64,000 bases of DNA, taken from NCBI GenBank assembly GCA_025594325.1, contig JANHCV010000014.1, forward strand, positions 558,001 through 622,000, in the 5' to 3' direction. The position numbers were made by a program, and so were the translations under genes. The DNA is from Blastocladiella emersonii ATCC 22665. Taxonomy: Eukaryota > Fungi > Blastocladiomycota. Shown in pieces: positions 47,571 to 59,952 of this stretch; the stretch's first letter is position 1, and each line of letters begins with the position of its first letter. The notes beneath the pieces were generated by a model. That model was not told the DNA's origin and made no database searches. It saw nothing but the letters and a program-made list of their open reading frames with translations.

Positions 47571-48926
47571 ATGGACCTCCACCACGACCAGCACGACCGC
47601 GACCACTACTACCGCAGGTTCGCGGGCGACGACAGCGAAGACGAGTGCGCCGAGTGGGGCGCGCCGCTCGCGGCCTCGGCGCCCGCCGTCGCCGTCGACA
47701 CGCACTGCGCGAGCCTACTCGGCGGCGACGACGATGCGTGGCCGACCCAGTTCGCCGACGACGACCTCGCTGCCGCCGCCAGCATCCGCGTCCCCGCCTC
47801 GTCACTTCCCGCAAGCGCGAGCCCGTCGCACGCGGCGCCGCCATCCTGGCTCCTCCCCGCGGCGCCGCCCGCCGCCCCGCGCGGCAAGCCCACCACCCCA
47901 CCCTCTTTGCACTTCCACCACCACCCGCCCCCGCCGACCCACGTCGCCGCGACGCTGCACGCCATGGACGCGGCGCACGACACGGACTTCAGCTCGTGGG
48001 TCCGCGACCCGACACACGCGGCCGCGATCGCCGCGTGGCTCGCCGCGACGGCGCCCGGCCACGCGCTCGACCAGACGGCGCGCGTCATCGCGTACATCAC
48101 CGGGTTCTCGACGGCGGGCCCGGGTCCGGCGGGCGGGTGGAACTACGGCCACGTCGCGTGGCTCGCGCGCGCGTGTGTTGCGCCGGATCTCGCGCGGGAG
48201 TGCGGCGGCGAGTGTGGGGCGCAGCGGTGGGTCCCGCCGCCCATCGCGCCGGTGCACGGGTGGCAGGTGTTGCCGTCGGCGCCGAGGATGATGCGCGCGG
48301 CAACGGGGCGGAAGCGGTCGCTCAGCAGCGCCGAGTCGCTGTCGTCGTGGTCGCCGACCTCGCTCGCCGCCCCTTCACCACCAACACCAACCTCAGCAGC
48401 CTACCACGCCCCCGCAACCCGCGCCCCCTCCACCCTCGCGCGCCTCGTCACCCTGCTGACCCTCCCCTCCCCTCTCCTCCCGTCCCACATCCCCGCCGCC
48501 GTCGCCGAACACGACCGCGTGCCACCCGCCGCCGCCGCGTTGCTCGCGCACCTGCTGCCCTCGCTCCCGTGCGTGCAGGTGCGCCACGCGGTGCTGGACG
48601 CGGTGACGCACGGGTGGCCGTTTGCGCGGGTCCACGCGCTCGTGTGCGCCGTCGACGCGGCCGCGGGGCGCAGCGTCGTGGATATGGCGTGGAAGCGGTT
48701 CCGCGTGCGCGTGTGGGCGGGCGCTGCGGGGGCGGAGACGAACGTACCGGTGGGCGACGAGGCGCGGATGGTGCGCCGCCCGCGGAGGAAGCGCGGCGAG
48801 GAGGAAGGACGCGACGAGGTGTTCGGGATGCCACCGCTCGCCAAGCGCGCAAGGCCGGCGGCCGCTGCTGTCGTCGTGCCGCCGCCGCCCGCGTGGATGG
48901 TCGTGGTGCCGTCGCAGCCCGAGTAG
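47571..48926 (+). CDS. Hypothetical Pro/Ala-rich protein (451 aa) with basic C-terminal patch
   Basis: Long GC3-rich ORF starting MDLHHDQHDRDHYY. RRPRRKRG and PPLAKRAR near the C-terminus look NLS-like. Confidence 0.65.
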   Translation: MDLHHDQHDRDHYYRRFAGDDSEDECAEWGAPLAASAPAVAVDTHCASLLGGDDDAWPTQFADDDLAAAASIRVPASSLPASASPSHAAPPSWLLPAAPPAAPRGKPTTPPSLHFHHHPPPPTHVAATLHAMDAAHDTDFSSWVRDPTHAAAIAAWLAATAPGHALDQTARVIAYITGFSTAGPGPAGGWNYGHVAWLARACVAPDLARECGGECGAQRWVPPPIAPVHGWQVLPSAPRMMRAATGRKRSLSSAESLSSWSPTSLAAPSPPTPTSAAYHAPATRAPSTLARLVTLLTLPSPLLPSHIPAAVAEHDRVPPAAAALLAHLLPSLPCVQVRHAVLDAVTHGWPFARVHALVCAVDAAAGRSVVDMAWKRFRVRVWAGAAGAETNVPVGDEARMVRRPRRKRGEEEGRDEVFGMPPLAKRARPAAAAVVVPPPPAWMVVVPSQPE

Positions 48927-48984
48927 ACAACGAGGATGTGATGTGATGTGATAGAATGTACATAGTGTATTCCCCACCCTCGAC

Positions 48985-50273
48985 CTACATGTTCCCCTTC
49001 AGCTTCTTCGCCTTCTCCGCCGCCTCGACGTACGCGTGGAACCCGTCGTCCTTCTGAACCGCGTCAATCACCTTCTGGTGCAGCTCGCGCGGTCCACTCG
49101 TCGCGACTACGCCCGTGTTGCGCGCGAGGAGCCCCGACGGCGAAAAAACGAGCGGCTCGCCGAACAGGTCCGTGACGATCCCGCCGGCCTCCTCGACGAG
49201 CAGCACGCCCGACGCGTGGTCCCAGATCTTCTCCTTGTACGCCGGGTCGCCGAGGATCCGCAGGTAGACGTGTCCGTCGCCGCGCGCGAGCGCCGCGTAC
49301 TTGCACTGCGAGTCGAGGCGGCGCGAGTCGCGCGTGGCGTCGATCCCGAGCGCGCGCATCACGTTCGCCGAGAGCGCGTGGTTGCTGTGGCTCGACTCGT
49401 AGCTCTCGAGGACCACGGGGCGAGACGTGTCCTTGGCGGTCACGAGCCGCGTCGAGAGCGCGGCCAGGTCCGCGACGGACGTCAGGGGGACGGTGGTGAG
49501 CGAGTTGAGATTGGCCTGGAACGCGCCGTGCCCGCGCACCGCCCACTGCAGCGTCGAGCCCGATTCCCGGGAATCGCCTGGGACGGCCGGCGGGTCGACG
49601 CCCGCGGGGAACGGCAGGTGCGGGCAACCGAGCACGCCGACCTGCACCTGGTTCTCGGCGTCGAGCAGCGCCAGGCACACGGCAAACTGCTGCTGCCGCA
49701 GAAACCCCTTGGTCCCGTCGATCGGGTCCAGCGTCCAGTAACGCCGCGCCGGGGTTGGGGCAGATGCGGTGGATTTGGCGGCGCTCGCGCGGTCGATCAG
49801 GTCCCACCACTACGCGGGACACGGGATAGGGTTAGCTCGGAATCGCCGGGACGCGAGGGTTACGGGGCGGGCAGTCGCACCTCGTCGTCGCGCATGCCGT
49901 GGGCCTCGGGGCGGTCGCCGACAGCATGGCGTATCGCGTCCATGACGCGGCCCGCGAGCGCCGGGTCCGACCGCAGCGCCGCCGACTCCTCCTCGCCGAC
50001 GATCGGGTCGGCCGCCGTGGACGCGTCGCGCGAGAGAAAGTACGAGATGACGGCCTGGCACGCAAAGTCGGCGACTAGACAGACGAGACGCAGCGTGAGC
50101 ACGCGACGATGCGAGCGCGGGTGCGTGAAGGTGAACGGACCAGTGACGGGCGAGCGGTCGGCCTTGGCGCGGCTGTCGCCAGCGGTTAGCGACTTGGCGA
50201 GGACGTGGCGCGCGACGCGCGTCGCGGCGTGCACGGCGTTGACGGCCAGGAGGAGCTCGGTCTGCAGTTTCAT
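48985..50273 (-). CDS. MET22: 3'(2'),5'-bisphosphate nucleotidase, HAL2/MET22 family (383 aa, 3 exons)
   Basis: KADRSPVTVADFACQA, IVGEEES, YWTLDPIDGTKGFLR, LDSQCKYAALARG and EKIWDHASG motifs. Introns 50140-50075 and 49880-49810 give an in-frame product. Confidence 0.95.
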
Positions 50274-51422
50274 GGTTGCTCGATGCATGGGTTCCTTCGG
50301 GAGTGGGGAGGGGAGGAAGGGGCGTGGCGAACATGGATGCGAGCGAAAATTTCGGGCCGCGTGGCAACGCATCGCGTGACCATCGATCAACACGCTTCCG
50401 CTCCGCCTCGCCCGCCCGCCGCCCACCGACCGCATATCAGCCACGCTCACCTCCGCACCTCCTCTCTTCTCCTGCTCTCAATCCGCATGGTATCCTTAGA
50501 TCCCACCTGCAGGCTCACATGTACTACACCCTTCACACCGATGTATCGACAGCGTGCAGCCGCCTGCTCAAAAGGCAGCGCGATTGCGGTGGCTTGAGTC
50601 AACTCCATGCTAGAGTCAGCGAGCGGCGACGCTGCACCGGGCCCGCCACTGTTTCCCCGCCCGTACCTCAAACGCACGCCTCGGCTTCCCTCGGTCCGTC
50701 CAGTCGACGTCTTTCGGCCGTTCGCGCCGTTCTCCGTTTTGGGGTCCAGCGCGGCCGGCCGATCGCGCCGCCCGGCCACGCTCGCGTCTTCCCTTTCGGG
50801 GGTCGGCGACGCGCGTGTGTGTCCGAGGACCGTGCGCGCCGAGCGCGGCCGCGTGCACCCCCCGGCCCCCACCGCGCCCATGGCCGCCGTGTGAGTTTTT
50901 CGCACACTGCTCTCGCGCGCGGTGCCCGGGCGGACGCCGCGGCCAACTTATGCGCTCTGCGCGGACCGGCAATGGGCTGTGACCCGTTCTGGGTCTCTGG
51001 CTCGCTCGGTTGCGCGCGGCGGGAGTCTGGGGCGCGCGGGCCCACCGCGGCACACGTCGCCACTTTAAGACCCTCCTGGCATCCGCGCACGCAGTGTGTC
51101 ACGGCTTTCCGTACCCCATGGAGCCTGGCCACGGCGCGGGGTCGTACATTCCCCTCTGTTTTTGCTGGTTTATGTTTGTGGTTGGTGGTGAAGGACGGAC
51201 ACGCGCGTGAGCGAGGTGTTCCTGCGTTGCTGCTTTATTCTGATGTGCAAACGACTACGTTCGTGGCCGTGGGCGTCGCACGTCCACGAATGGTGAGTGT
51301 GCGGTTGATAATTCGCATCACGTTCAGATCACGTCGACGCGTTCCCACGCCGCGCGGCCAGTCAAGCGAGCGCGAAAGAGCGAAGTCGGTCCTCGCTCCC
51401 CCAACTCCAACCACGTAAACAA

Positions 51423-52990
51423 ATGAAATGTTGAGAACGTTGGCATCTTTCTTCTTCTTGCCCACCGACTCGACCCTGCGGATCGATGAGCTGCCTCTCG
51501 ATCCGACCCTGCTTTGCCCGACGCCGTCCTCGCGCACGTCGCTGCACTAGCGACACCGCGCGCTCTCTTCTCGGCCTCGACGCGGGCTCTGTGCGCAACA
51601 TCCCGCGAACTACGCGTCCGCGTTGCGTGGACCCGTCGCTTGATCGGATCTGTGAGCGCGAGCGCGTTCCGCGGCGCTTCTGGCAAGTTCTCGCTCGCGG
51701 ACCAGCTCGAGATCCCGATTGTCTGGTTCCTTCGATGGCCCGGCTTGGCGCTTGCAGCGTGACCACCCGTTCCAGTCGAACGACGTGATCGCCGCCTTCT
51801 TCCGCTCGCGCCGCTACTGCCCGACGTTCGAGGACCAGGTCGAGTCGCTTGCGGTTGACGAAGGTGAATATGCGGCGCCCGTCGCTCCCGCTTCGTCCGT
51901 CAAGGGAAAGCCGGTCAAACGCGTCAAGGGCCAGCGCTCGAAGCGACGGCCGCTCAACGGCAAGCGCGCGACGAACCTGTCGGCTGCCGTACCCGCAACC
52001 GGCCCGCGGAAATGGGTTCCCGGCCCGTCGCCGCTGCTCTACTTGCTTCAAATGGTCCTCGCCAATCCACCGACCAAGCCGCACGTCTCGATCGGCCAGA
52101 GTGCGCTTCCAGAGGATCTCTTGCTCCCCATTTTCTTTGCGTTCGCCGATGACGTGCCGCGTATGCGCGTCGCTCTCGGCCACTTGTTCCGCCTCGACCG
52201 CGATATGCGCGCCGCGCGCGCGCCCGCGTCGAGACATGGACGCGTCTTTGGCTCTCAGGGCACCTAGCTCATCGCGCTGCGACTCATCAGCTGGTCGACG
52301 CGCTTGGTGATCGTCCCGAGGGCAGCATGACGTACGGTTCGTCGCTTGCGATCCTCGCTCCTATGTTGTGGAATCTCGAAATGTTCAAAGCGTTGTTGGA
52401 CGGTAACTACGGCGTTGACAAGGTGTCCGAGTTCATCGACTTCTTCTCGGACTTTCAAGTCTCGCAGCGCCTTCTTCCGCTTATGGTCGCGCGGATGGAT
52501 GCCGCGACTGCCATCCCTGACATGCTCGACTACCTTTTCTCGCACGACTGGAAGTTTGACCGTTCGCACCACCCTAACTGCTTTGCTTCCTACGCTGTTC
52601 ATCGCGAGTCGGCCGAACTCTTTGCGACGCTTCTCGCGGAATACGACGCGCCTTACATCCGTGCCGAAAAGTCAAAGCTCAACTATTTGTTCCAAATCCT
52701 CGACGATCTTCTCAAATTCAAGTCGCTTGGAGTCCGTCAGGCCGACGTGGTCCGCCCCGTGTTCATGTCCCTGATGGAGACGGACGACTTTGCGGTCGCG
52801 CTCGCCGAGGCGTTTAACGACAACGCCGACTTGATTGCGCTCCTTGAGCTTGCAATGGAGCACGCTGAGGACCCAAAGAATCTGTCCAGCGACAAGGGCT
52901 TGTTTACTCTCATCGACAAGGTTCTGTTCTCGTTCGTCAAACTCGGCAACAAGGACATCAAGTCGGTCGACGCCGCGTTCAGCGTGAGAG
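51423..52990 (+). pseudogene. Tandem-array copy B1 (frameshifted, 3'-truncated)
   Basis: LPDAVLAHVAALATPRALF..ELRVRVAW. Deletion and frameshift near 51740, frameshift near 52235. Homology to B2 ends at KSVDAAFSV (~52985). Confidence 0.8.
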
Positions 52991-53085
52991 GCCAATGTGT
53001 AAAACATGTGCATTATATTTTTCACCGAACGTCTCTGTGCCAGGTTTGCCTTCTTTGTGTGCCTTCCCGACACGACGCTCATCCG

Positions 53086-53091
53086 CACGTG
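53086..53091. promoter_or_regulatory. CACGTG E-box conserved upstream of array copies
   Basis: GCACGTG at 53086, 55570, 57304 and 60044, 126-149 nt before the ATGs of B2-B5. The matching site in B1 is CACGTC (51279). Confidence 0.45.
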
Positions 53092-53229
53092 GCCGCGTGA
53101 CTTGCGCCATCGCGTGGGAGCGGCGCCCTCCTGCCGCAGCGACGTCGGCCTCGTTTCCCTCGCTCGCCCTCTCCCTCGACCTCTCTCTTGCTGCAACCCG
53201 CTCTAAACTACGCAAGCGAATGAAATACC

Positions 53230-55395
53230 ATGCTGGGTGAAACCGCACTCTTGGCTACCAACCCGCCACCGCGCCTTGACGCGCTCCCCGTGGCTGTCCT
53301 CGCGCACGTCTCTGGTCTCACGACGCCGCGCGTGCACTTCCCCGCGTCGGCTCGCGCCCTTCTCACGGCGTCCCACGAGCTGCGCGTCCGCGTTGCGTGG
53401 GTCCGCCACCTGATCGGGTCCGTGAGCGCCAAGGACGCGAACGCGTTCCGCTCTACGAACGACGGCTTCCCGCTGGCGAACCAGCTCGAGATCCCGTTTG
53501 TCTGGTATCTTCGCTCGCTCTTCGACAAGAACCTGGGCAAGGACTCGCTCGCCCACTACAACGGCGGCTCGGTTTCGCGCATGCGCCGCGACCATCCGTT
53601 CCAGTCGGACGACGTGATTGCCGCCTTCTATCGCCCGCGTCACGACTGCTCCAAGCTTGACGACCAACTCGATTCGCTTACGCTCGACGACGACGAAGGC
53701 GATGTCGGTGCGTCTTCCGCCGCTGCCCCGGCGCCGTCAGCCAAGGGAAAACCCGTCAAGCGCGCCAAGGGTCAGCGCAAGAAGAAGCGACCGCTCCACG
53801 GCAAGGGCACCGCAGTCCCGAACCCGCCTCCCGCCGCACCCGCTATGGGGCCACGCAAGTGGGCCCCCGGCGTGTCTTCGATGCTCCGCTTGGTGCAAAA
53901 GGTCCTCACCGACCCGCCCGCCAAGCCGAGTGTCTCAATCGGCCAGGGCGCCATGCCCGAGGGCCTGCTTCTCCCGACCTTCTTTGCGTATGCCGATGAC
54001 CTTCCGCGCATGCGCATCGCGCTTAACCACCTTTTCCGCCTCGACCCAGATCTCAAAACGGCGCGTGTGCCCATCGGCGTTTGGACCAAGTTGTGGCTCT
54101 CGGGGCACCCTGGAAACCGCGTTCTGGTCCACCAGCTGGTCGAGGCGGTCGGCGACCGACCCGGCGGCGACATCACGTTTGGCATGTCACTGGCGCTTCT
54201 CGCTCTCATGACCTGGAACCTCGAGATGCTCAACACGCTCCTCGACGGCAACTACGGCGTCGGTGACGCGACCGCGTTCATCAAGTTTTGCTCAGCTTCC
54301 AGCGTATCGCTCAGCTTCCTTCCCGCCATGATCACGCGGATTGATGGCGCGACCACCGTCCCTGCCATGCTGGACCGGCTCATCTCGCTCGGCTGGGAGC
54401 TCGACCGCTCGCGCTTCCCGTATTGTCTCGCTTCCTACGCCGCTCATCCCGAGTTGGTCGAGCTCTTTTTGACGCTTCTCATTAAGTACGACGCGCCGTA
54501 CGTCTGCGCCAGCCAGTCGGCGACCAACGTCAAGCTTCAACTCCGCAAGGACATGCGCGTCTTCAAGCCGCGCGGCCTCACCTTGGCCGACGTGATCCGC
54601 CCAGGGTTCATGTCCCTCGTCGAGACGGCCATGTCCGCGGCCGCGCTTGTGGAAGTGTGCGATGGCCGCGCTGACCTGCTCTCGCTCCTCGACCTCGCCA
54701 TGGAGCACGCCGAGGACCCGGCGAACATGTCGTCGGGCAACATTGGCTTGATTGTTTTCATCGACCAGCTTCTCCGTGGCATCGTCAACCTGGGCACCGG
54801 CGAGCTTGAGTCCATGGACGTGGCGTTCAGCGTGATGCCCACGACGTTGCGCCAGATGACCTTCTTTGACGCGATGTGCAGCCGCATCTGCTCCATGTTC
54901 CAGTCGCCGTCGCCACACCTCGAGAAGGAGGTGATCCTGCGGATCTTCTTCATCAACCGCGCGGTCGACCAGTTCCCTTCCCAGTTTACTCTCGAGGATT
55001 GCTTGGCAAGCTCGGACGAGGTGGTGGCTTGGCACGCCAAGCACGCGGCCGCGGCGCTCAAATCCCTGCTCCGCCAGACCACGCTGCGCAACTCGCCCGA
55101 CACCGGGAACGACCCGACCGCGCGCGCCCTTGCCACGATCCTCAACGCGTTTTTGGGCATCGCGCCCGAGTTCACGCTCCGCGAGGTCGTCGCGTGGCAC
55201 CAGTACATCCCGCTGTGGATGTGGCAGTTTCTCGCGCCTGCGATCCGCATGTTCCGCGAGGTCCTGCCGCCGGAATTCCACGACGCGGCGGTCAAGTCGG
55301 TCGCGGCGCGCCGCGCCAGGGGCGACGCACGCGGCGCCGCGTTCATCGCGCGGAACGTCATTGCGACGATGCCGGGTTCCGCGCGCGCCGAGTAG
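53230..55395 (+). CDS. Tandem-array copy B2, intact, intronless F-box-like helical protein (721 aa)
   Basis: Uninterrupted ORF. LDALPVAVLAHVSGLTTPR N-terminus and basic patch KGKPVKRAKGQRKKKRPLHGK. Confidence 0.85.
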   Translation: MLGETALLATNPPPRLDALPVAVLAHVSGLTTPRVHFPASARALLTASHELRVRVAWVRHLIGSVSAKDANAFRSTNDGFPLANQLEIPFVWYLRSLFDKNLGKDSLAHYNGGSVSRMRRDHPFQSDDVIAAFYRPRHDCSKLDDQLDSLTLDDDEGDVGASSAAAPAPSAKGKPVKRAKGQRKKKRPLHGKGTAVPNPPPAAPAMGPRKWAPGVSSMLRLVQKVLTDPPAKPSVSIGQGAMPEGLLLPTFFAYADDLPRMRIALNHLFRLDPDLKTARVPIGVWTKLWLSGHPGNRVLVHQLVEAVGDRPGGDITFGMSLALLALMTWNLEMLNTLLDGNYGVGDATAFIKFCSASSVSLSFLPAMITRIDGATTVPAMLDRLISLGWELDRSRFPYCLASYAAHPELVELFLTLLIKYDAPYVCASQSATNVKLQLRKDMRVFKPRGLTLADVIRPGFMSLVETAMSAAALVEVCDGRADLLSLLDLAMEHAEDPANMSSGNIGLIVFIDQLLRGIVNLGTGELESMDVAFSVMPTTLRQMTFFDAMCSRICSMFQSPSPHLEKEVILRIFFINRAVDQFPSQFTLEDCLASSDEVVAWHAKHAAAALKSLLRQTTLRNSPDTGNDPTARALATILNAFLGIAPEFTLREVVAWHQYIPLWMWQFLAPAIRMFREVLPPEFHDAAVKSVAARRARGDARGAAFIARNVIATMPGSARAE

Positions 55396-55704
55396 CTGAG
55401 CTGCTCACTGGGGTTGAGAGTTTTGAATGTATTCGCCTGTTTCTTTGTCCAGTACAGTTTGTGCGCCGAGAGCGTTATCCTCGTAGAGACGCGCAAGTAG
55501 ATGCTCCGTCCCGCCACCGCGAACGAAGACAGGGCAGCTGGTGTGCACTCTCAACGCGAAGATCACCTGCACGTGGCCGCGTGACTTACGCGCTTTCGTG
55601 GGAACGCGCGGACGCGGAGGCGCCGACCGCTCTTCCTCTTGCGCCAGCAACCCCACTCTCTCTTGCTGCAACTCGTTATCGAACACGCAAGCGAATGAAA
55701 TACC

Positions 55705-57215
55705 ATGTCGTGTGACCGCGCTTTCTTGCCCGCCGTTCCGCCGTTGCGCCTCGAAGAGCTGCCAGGCGCCGTCCTCGCGCACGTCGCCGCCCTCGCCAGA
55801 CCGCGCGCGCAGCTCCCTGCTTCCACACTCGACCTCTTTACGGCCGCGTTCGCGCTGCGCACACGGGTCGCGTGGATCCGTCATCTTCTCGGCTCCGTGC
55901 GCGCCGAGGACGCGGGCGCGTTCCAAGTCGACGCTGCTAAGTTTCCGCTCGCTCGCAAGCTGAATGTTCCCTTCACGTGGTTCCTTCGGTCGCTCTTCGT
56001 CCGGCAACTCGGTGACGACTCAACCGAGGGCGAACAGGGCGGCTACACGTTGATGACTTTCGTCCACCCGTTCCGCTCTGACGAAGTGATTGCCGCCTTT
56101 TACCGCCCGCGCCTCGACTGTCCCAAGTTCGAGGATCAGGTCGAGTCGCTTACGCTCGACGACGGAGATGAAATGGCGGCTCCTGCCGCTCCCGCTCCCG
56201 CTTCGTCCACCAAGGGGAAACCCGTCAAGCGCGCCAACGGTCAGCGCAAGCCGAAGCGTCCCCTCCGCGGCAAACGCCCTGCAAACCGGCCCGTGACCTT
56301 GCCTCCCACTGGTCCGCGCAAGTGGGTGTCTGGCCCGTCCCGGCTTCTCTACCTGCTGCAGATGTTCATTGCCAATCCGCCGAGTAAGCCGAGCGTCTCA
56401 ATCGGACAGAGTGCCATGCCCGAGGGCCTCCTGCTCCCGATCTTTTTCGTGCACGCTGGCGAAACGGAGCGTGTGTTGATCGCTCTCGACCATCTTTTCC
56501 GTCTCGACCCGGACCTGCGCACAGCCCGCGCACCGATCGGCACCTGGACGCAGCTTTGGCTAAACACGCATCAAGGAACGGCTATGGTCTTGAACGTTCT
56601 TGTTAACGCGCTCAACGACCGGCCCGAGGGCACATCACGTTCGGCATGGCCCTGGCGTTGCTCGCCATCTCCGCGTGGAACCGGGACCTGCTGGAAGCTC
56701 TCGTGCAAGGCAACTACGGGATCCCCAGCAGCGCCGAATTTGCCAAGTTTACTTCAACCTTCCACGTCTCGCTCAGCTTCCTCGTGCTCATGTACTCCCA
56801 CCCGCACGGTGTGACTGCTGTTCCAGCCATGATTGACTACCTCATTTCGCTTGGCTGGAAGCTCGACCGCTCCAAGCACCCGTACTGCATCGCTTACTAC
56901 GCGGGCTACGCCGAGTCGGTTGACCTCTTCTCCATCCTTGTCACCAAGTACGACGCGCCCTACGTCCGCGTCGCCCACTCGCCGTGCCGCCAGCTGCTTC
57001 GAGATCACGCTGTTATGCTGGCCCGCGACGGCCAGTTCGGCCCCATGGAGACGCTTTCCAGGCTGGGTGCTTTCGATGACTATAGTGCGGCCCTCGAGGC
57101 GATCGCGGTGCGCAACGCCAAGGGCGACGACGCAGGGGCCGCGTTCGTCAAGAAGAACATCATCGCGGCGCCTAACGTCATCCCCAAGTCCATGGATGAC
57201 ATGTCGGTTGATTAG
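55705..57215 (+). pseudogene. Tandem-array copy B3 (1-bp frameshift near 56635 plus large internal deletion)
   Basis: GAGGGCACATCACG versus GAGGGCAACGTCACG in B4. After LARDGQFGPMETL..LGA the sequence jumps directly to the C-terminal A.R.AKGD..AAF...SMDDMSVD. Confidence 0.8.
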
Positions 57216-57457
57216 CGCGAGCGGCGAGGATGTGTGTTATTCGACAAATGTATTTGCTTGTCCATTTGACGGCTCGCATGAATCCGTTCGCGATGGCCAT
57301 CCGCACGTGGTCGCGTGACGCGGGCACCGTTGGATGAACTGGTGGGGGTGACTCACGATGAGCCACCGCTCGACGCCCAAGTGGGCGAATAACGGCCGAG
57401 CCGATCCTCGCTCCCGTAACTCAAATCACGCAAGCGAATGAATTGATCACCAAAACC

Positions 57458-59952
57458 ATGTTGGGTGACCCTGCTGCTTTGACTACCGATCCGCCCGTGC
57501 GCCTCGGCGCGCTTCCCGCCGCCGTCCTTGCGCAAGCGGCTGCTCTCGCGACGCCGCGCGCACTTCTCCCGGCTTCGACGCATGCCCTGGTTTCGGTCTC
57601 TCGCGAGCTGCGCGTCCGCGTTGCATGGACTTGCCACCTGATCGGCTCCGTGTCTGCCGACCAGGTCATAGAGTTTCGCGCCTCAAACGACGACTTCCCG
57701 CTCGCGGACCAGCTCGAGACACCCTTCATGTGGTTTCTTCGCTCGCTCTTTGACAAGAACCTGGGCGAGGACTCGCTTGGTCACTACTGCGGTGGCGCGG
57801 ACGCGTCGGTTTCGCGCATGCGCCGTGAACACCCGTTCCAGTCGGACGACGTGATCGCCGCCTTCTACCGCCCGCGCGCTGACTGCCCAACGCTCGAGGA
57901 CCAGGTCGACTCGCTTAATCTCGACGACGCAGCTGTCGACGCTCCAGCTCCCATTTCCAAGGGGAAGCCAGTCAAACGCGTCAAGGGCCTGCGCAAGGCG
58001 AAGCGTCCGCTTCACGGCAAACGCTCGGCGACTCTTGCGCCCGCCACTAACTCGTTGTCCGTCGCGATTACCACTGGCCCGCGTAAACGGGCGCCTAGCC
58101 AGTCGCCGCTCCTCAATCGGCTCTACCTCTTTCTGGACGACCCGCATCTCAAGCCCCGCGTCTCAATTGGCCAAAGTGCCGAGTCCGAAGGCCTCCTGCT
58201 TCCTGTCTTCTTTGCGTATGCCGAGGACGTCCCGCGCATGCGCATCGCCCTCGACCACCTGTTCCAGCTCGACCCGCACCTGCGCACTGCGCGCGCGCCG
58301 ATCGGTACTTGGACAAAGTTGTGGCTTACCGGGCATCCCGAGGACCGCCAGTTCATCGAAGACATGAATCGCGCGCTCGCTGACCGTCCCGAGGGCAACG
58401 TCACGTACGCCATGGCGCTCGCGCTTCTCGCGCTCGTGACGTGGAACCGCGAGATGCTCGACCTTCTCCTGGACGGCAATTATGGCATTCCCAGCACGTC
58501 CGAGTTCACCAAGTTTGCCTCGAACTTTGACGTCGCGTCCGTCTTCCTCCCGCTCATGATCACCCGCTTCAACAACGTGACCGCGGTCCCTGCCATGCTT
58601 GACCATCTCATGTCGCTGGGCTGGAAGCTTGATCGTTCCAAGAGCCCGTACTGCTTCGCAATTTACGCTGGGATCCCCGATACTCCCGAGCTGTTCTCGG
58701 TGCTTTTCACCAAGTACGACGCGCCATGCGCCAGCGTCGCCAGTTTGACGTGCAACATCATGTTGATCGGGTGTGCTGCTAAGCTCGCTCGTGATGGCAC
58801 TTACGGACCCATGGAGACGATTGCCCAGCCTGGCGCAGTCAGCGACGACGCTTGGCGTACATTCTTCTGCGGCTCGGTCAACCCCAGGGCGCCTGGTAGG
58901 CCTGATCTCAGCTTCGTCATGAAGGACTTTATTGAGAAGCCTCGTCTCACGTCCGTTCTCTCCAAACGTACGTTTCTCTTCTTTGGCTGTGTGTCTTGGG
59001 GGAAGTTGCTGACCATCGCACGCTTAATCTAGTCTTCCTCAATCAGCGCTCTCGCCCTCACCCGTCGGAGCTCTCAAACATCTTTCGCGGCATCAAACGG
59101 CTTGGTCTCGCCCCTGTTGACGTGATCGAGCCCGCGTTCTGGTCGCTCATGGGCGCGGGCGATTTCACGATTGCGCTAACGGGGCAGTTCGGTGACAAGG
59201 CTGACAAGCTCTCACTTCTTGACCTCGCCTTGGACCACGCCGTGGACCCCAAGGACCCGTACGACGATACGGCAACCAATGGTGTGAAATTCATTGTCGA
59301 TGCGGCTGCACTTTCTCTCCTTGGCTCGGACAGCGAGGAGCTCAATGACTTGGGCGCTGATGCCGTGTCCAATCTCCTACACACGGCGGTGCGCCGAATC
59401 ACGTTCTTCAACGCCCTAGGTTACTGCATTAACCACAGTGCCCGACCACGCACGCCAGGGATGCGGTCGTGGCTGCAGAAGCGTCTTGATGTCATCGAAA
59501 ACATGCTTGCGCGCTCTTCGCCTCTCTTCCTCGAAATTTGTTGGGCGAGCGGAAACGCCGTACTTTCTCACCGCGCGAGCGAGTTTGGCTACTCGATCAA
59601 GCGTCGCTTCGTGACCCTCCTGCCTTTTGCAGCTCACGACGAATGCGACAACGTCACCATGCACTCCCTGACCCGGATCCTTCGTCTCTTCCTCCGCTAC
59701 GCGCCCGTCTTCACGCTGCATGTTGTCATCGACTGGGACGAGTATCTTCCAAAGTGGATGTGGCGCGAGCTCACGCCCGTGCTTCAGATGCACCGGGATC
59801 GACTGCCTTCTGGCGTCATGGGTGCGGCCTGGGAGGGTGTGGCGCTGCGCAAGAGCAAGGGTGACTTGTTTGCGGCGACATTCCTTCTTGACAACATCGC
59901 TTCGCCGCGCGAGACCGCATCCGCGTCTATGGACGACATGTCGGTCGAGTAG
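57458..59952 (+). CDS. Tandem-array copy B4, intact (809 aa, 2 exons)
   Basis: Phase-1 intron 58968-59032 (GTACGT..CTGAC..CTAG) joins ORFs 57443-59032 and 58996-59952 in frame. Ends SMDDMSVE. Confidence 0.85.
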
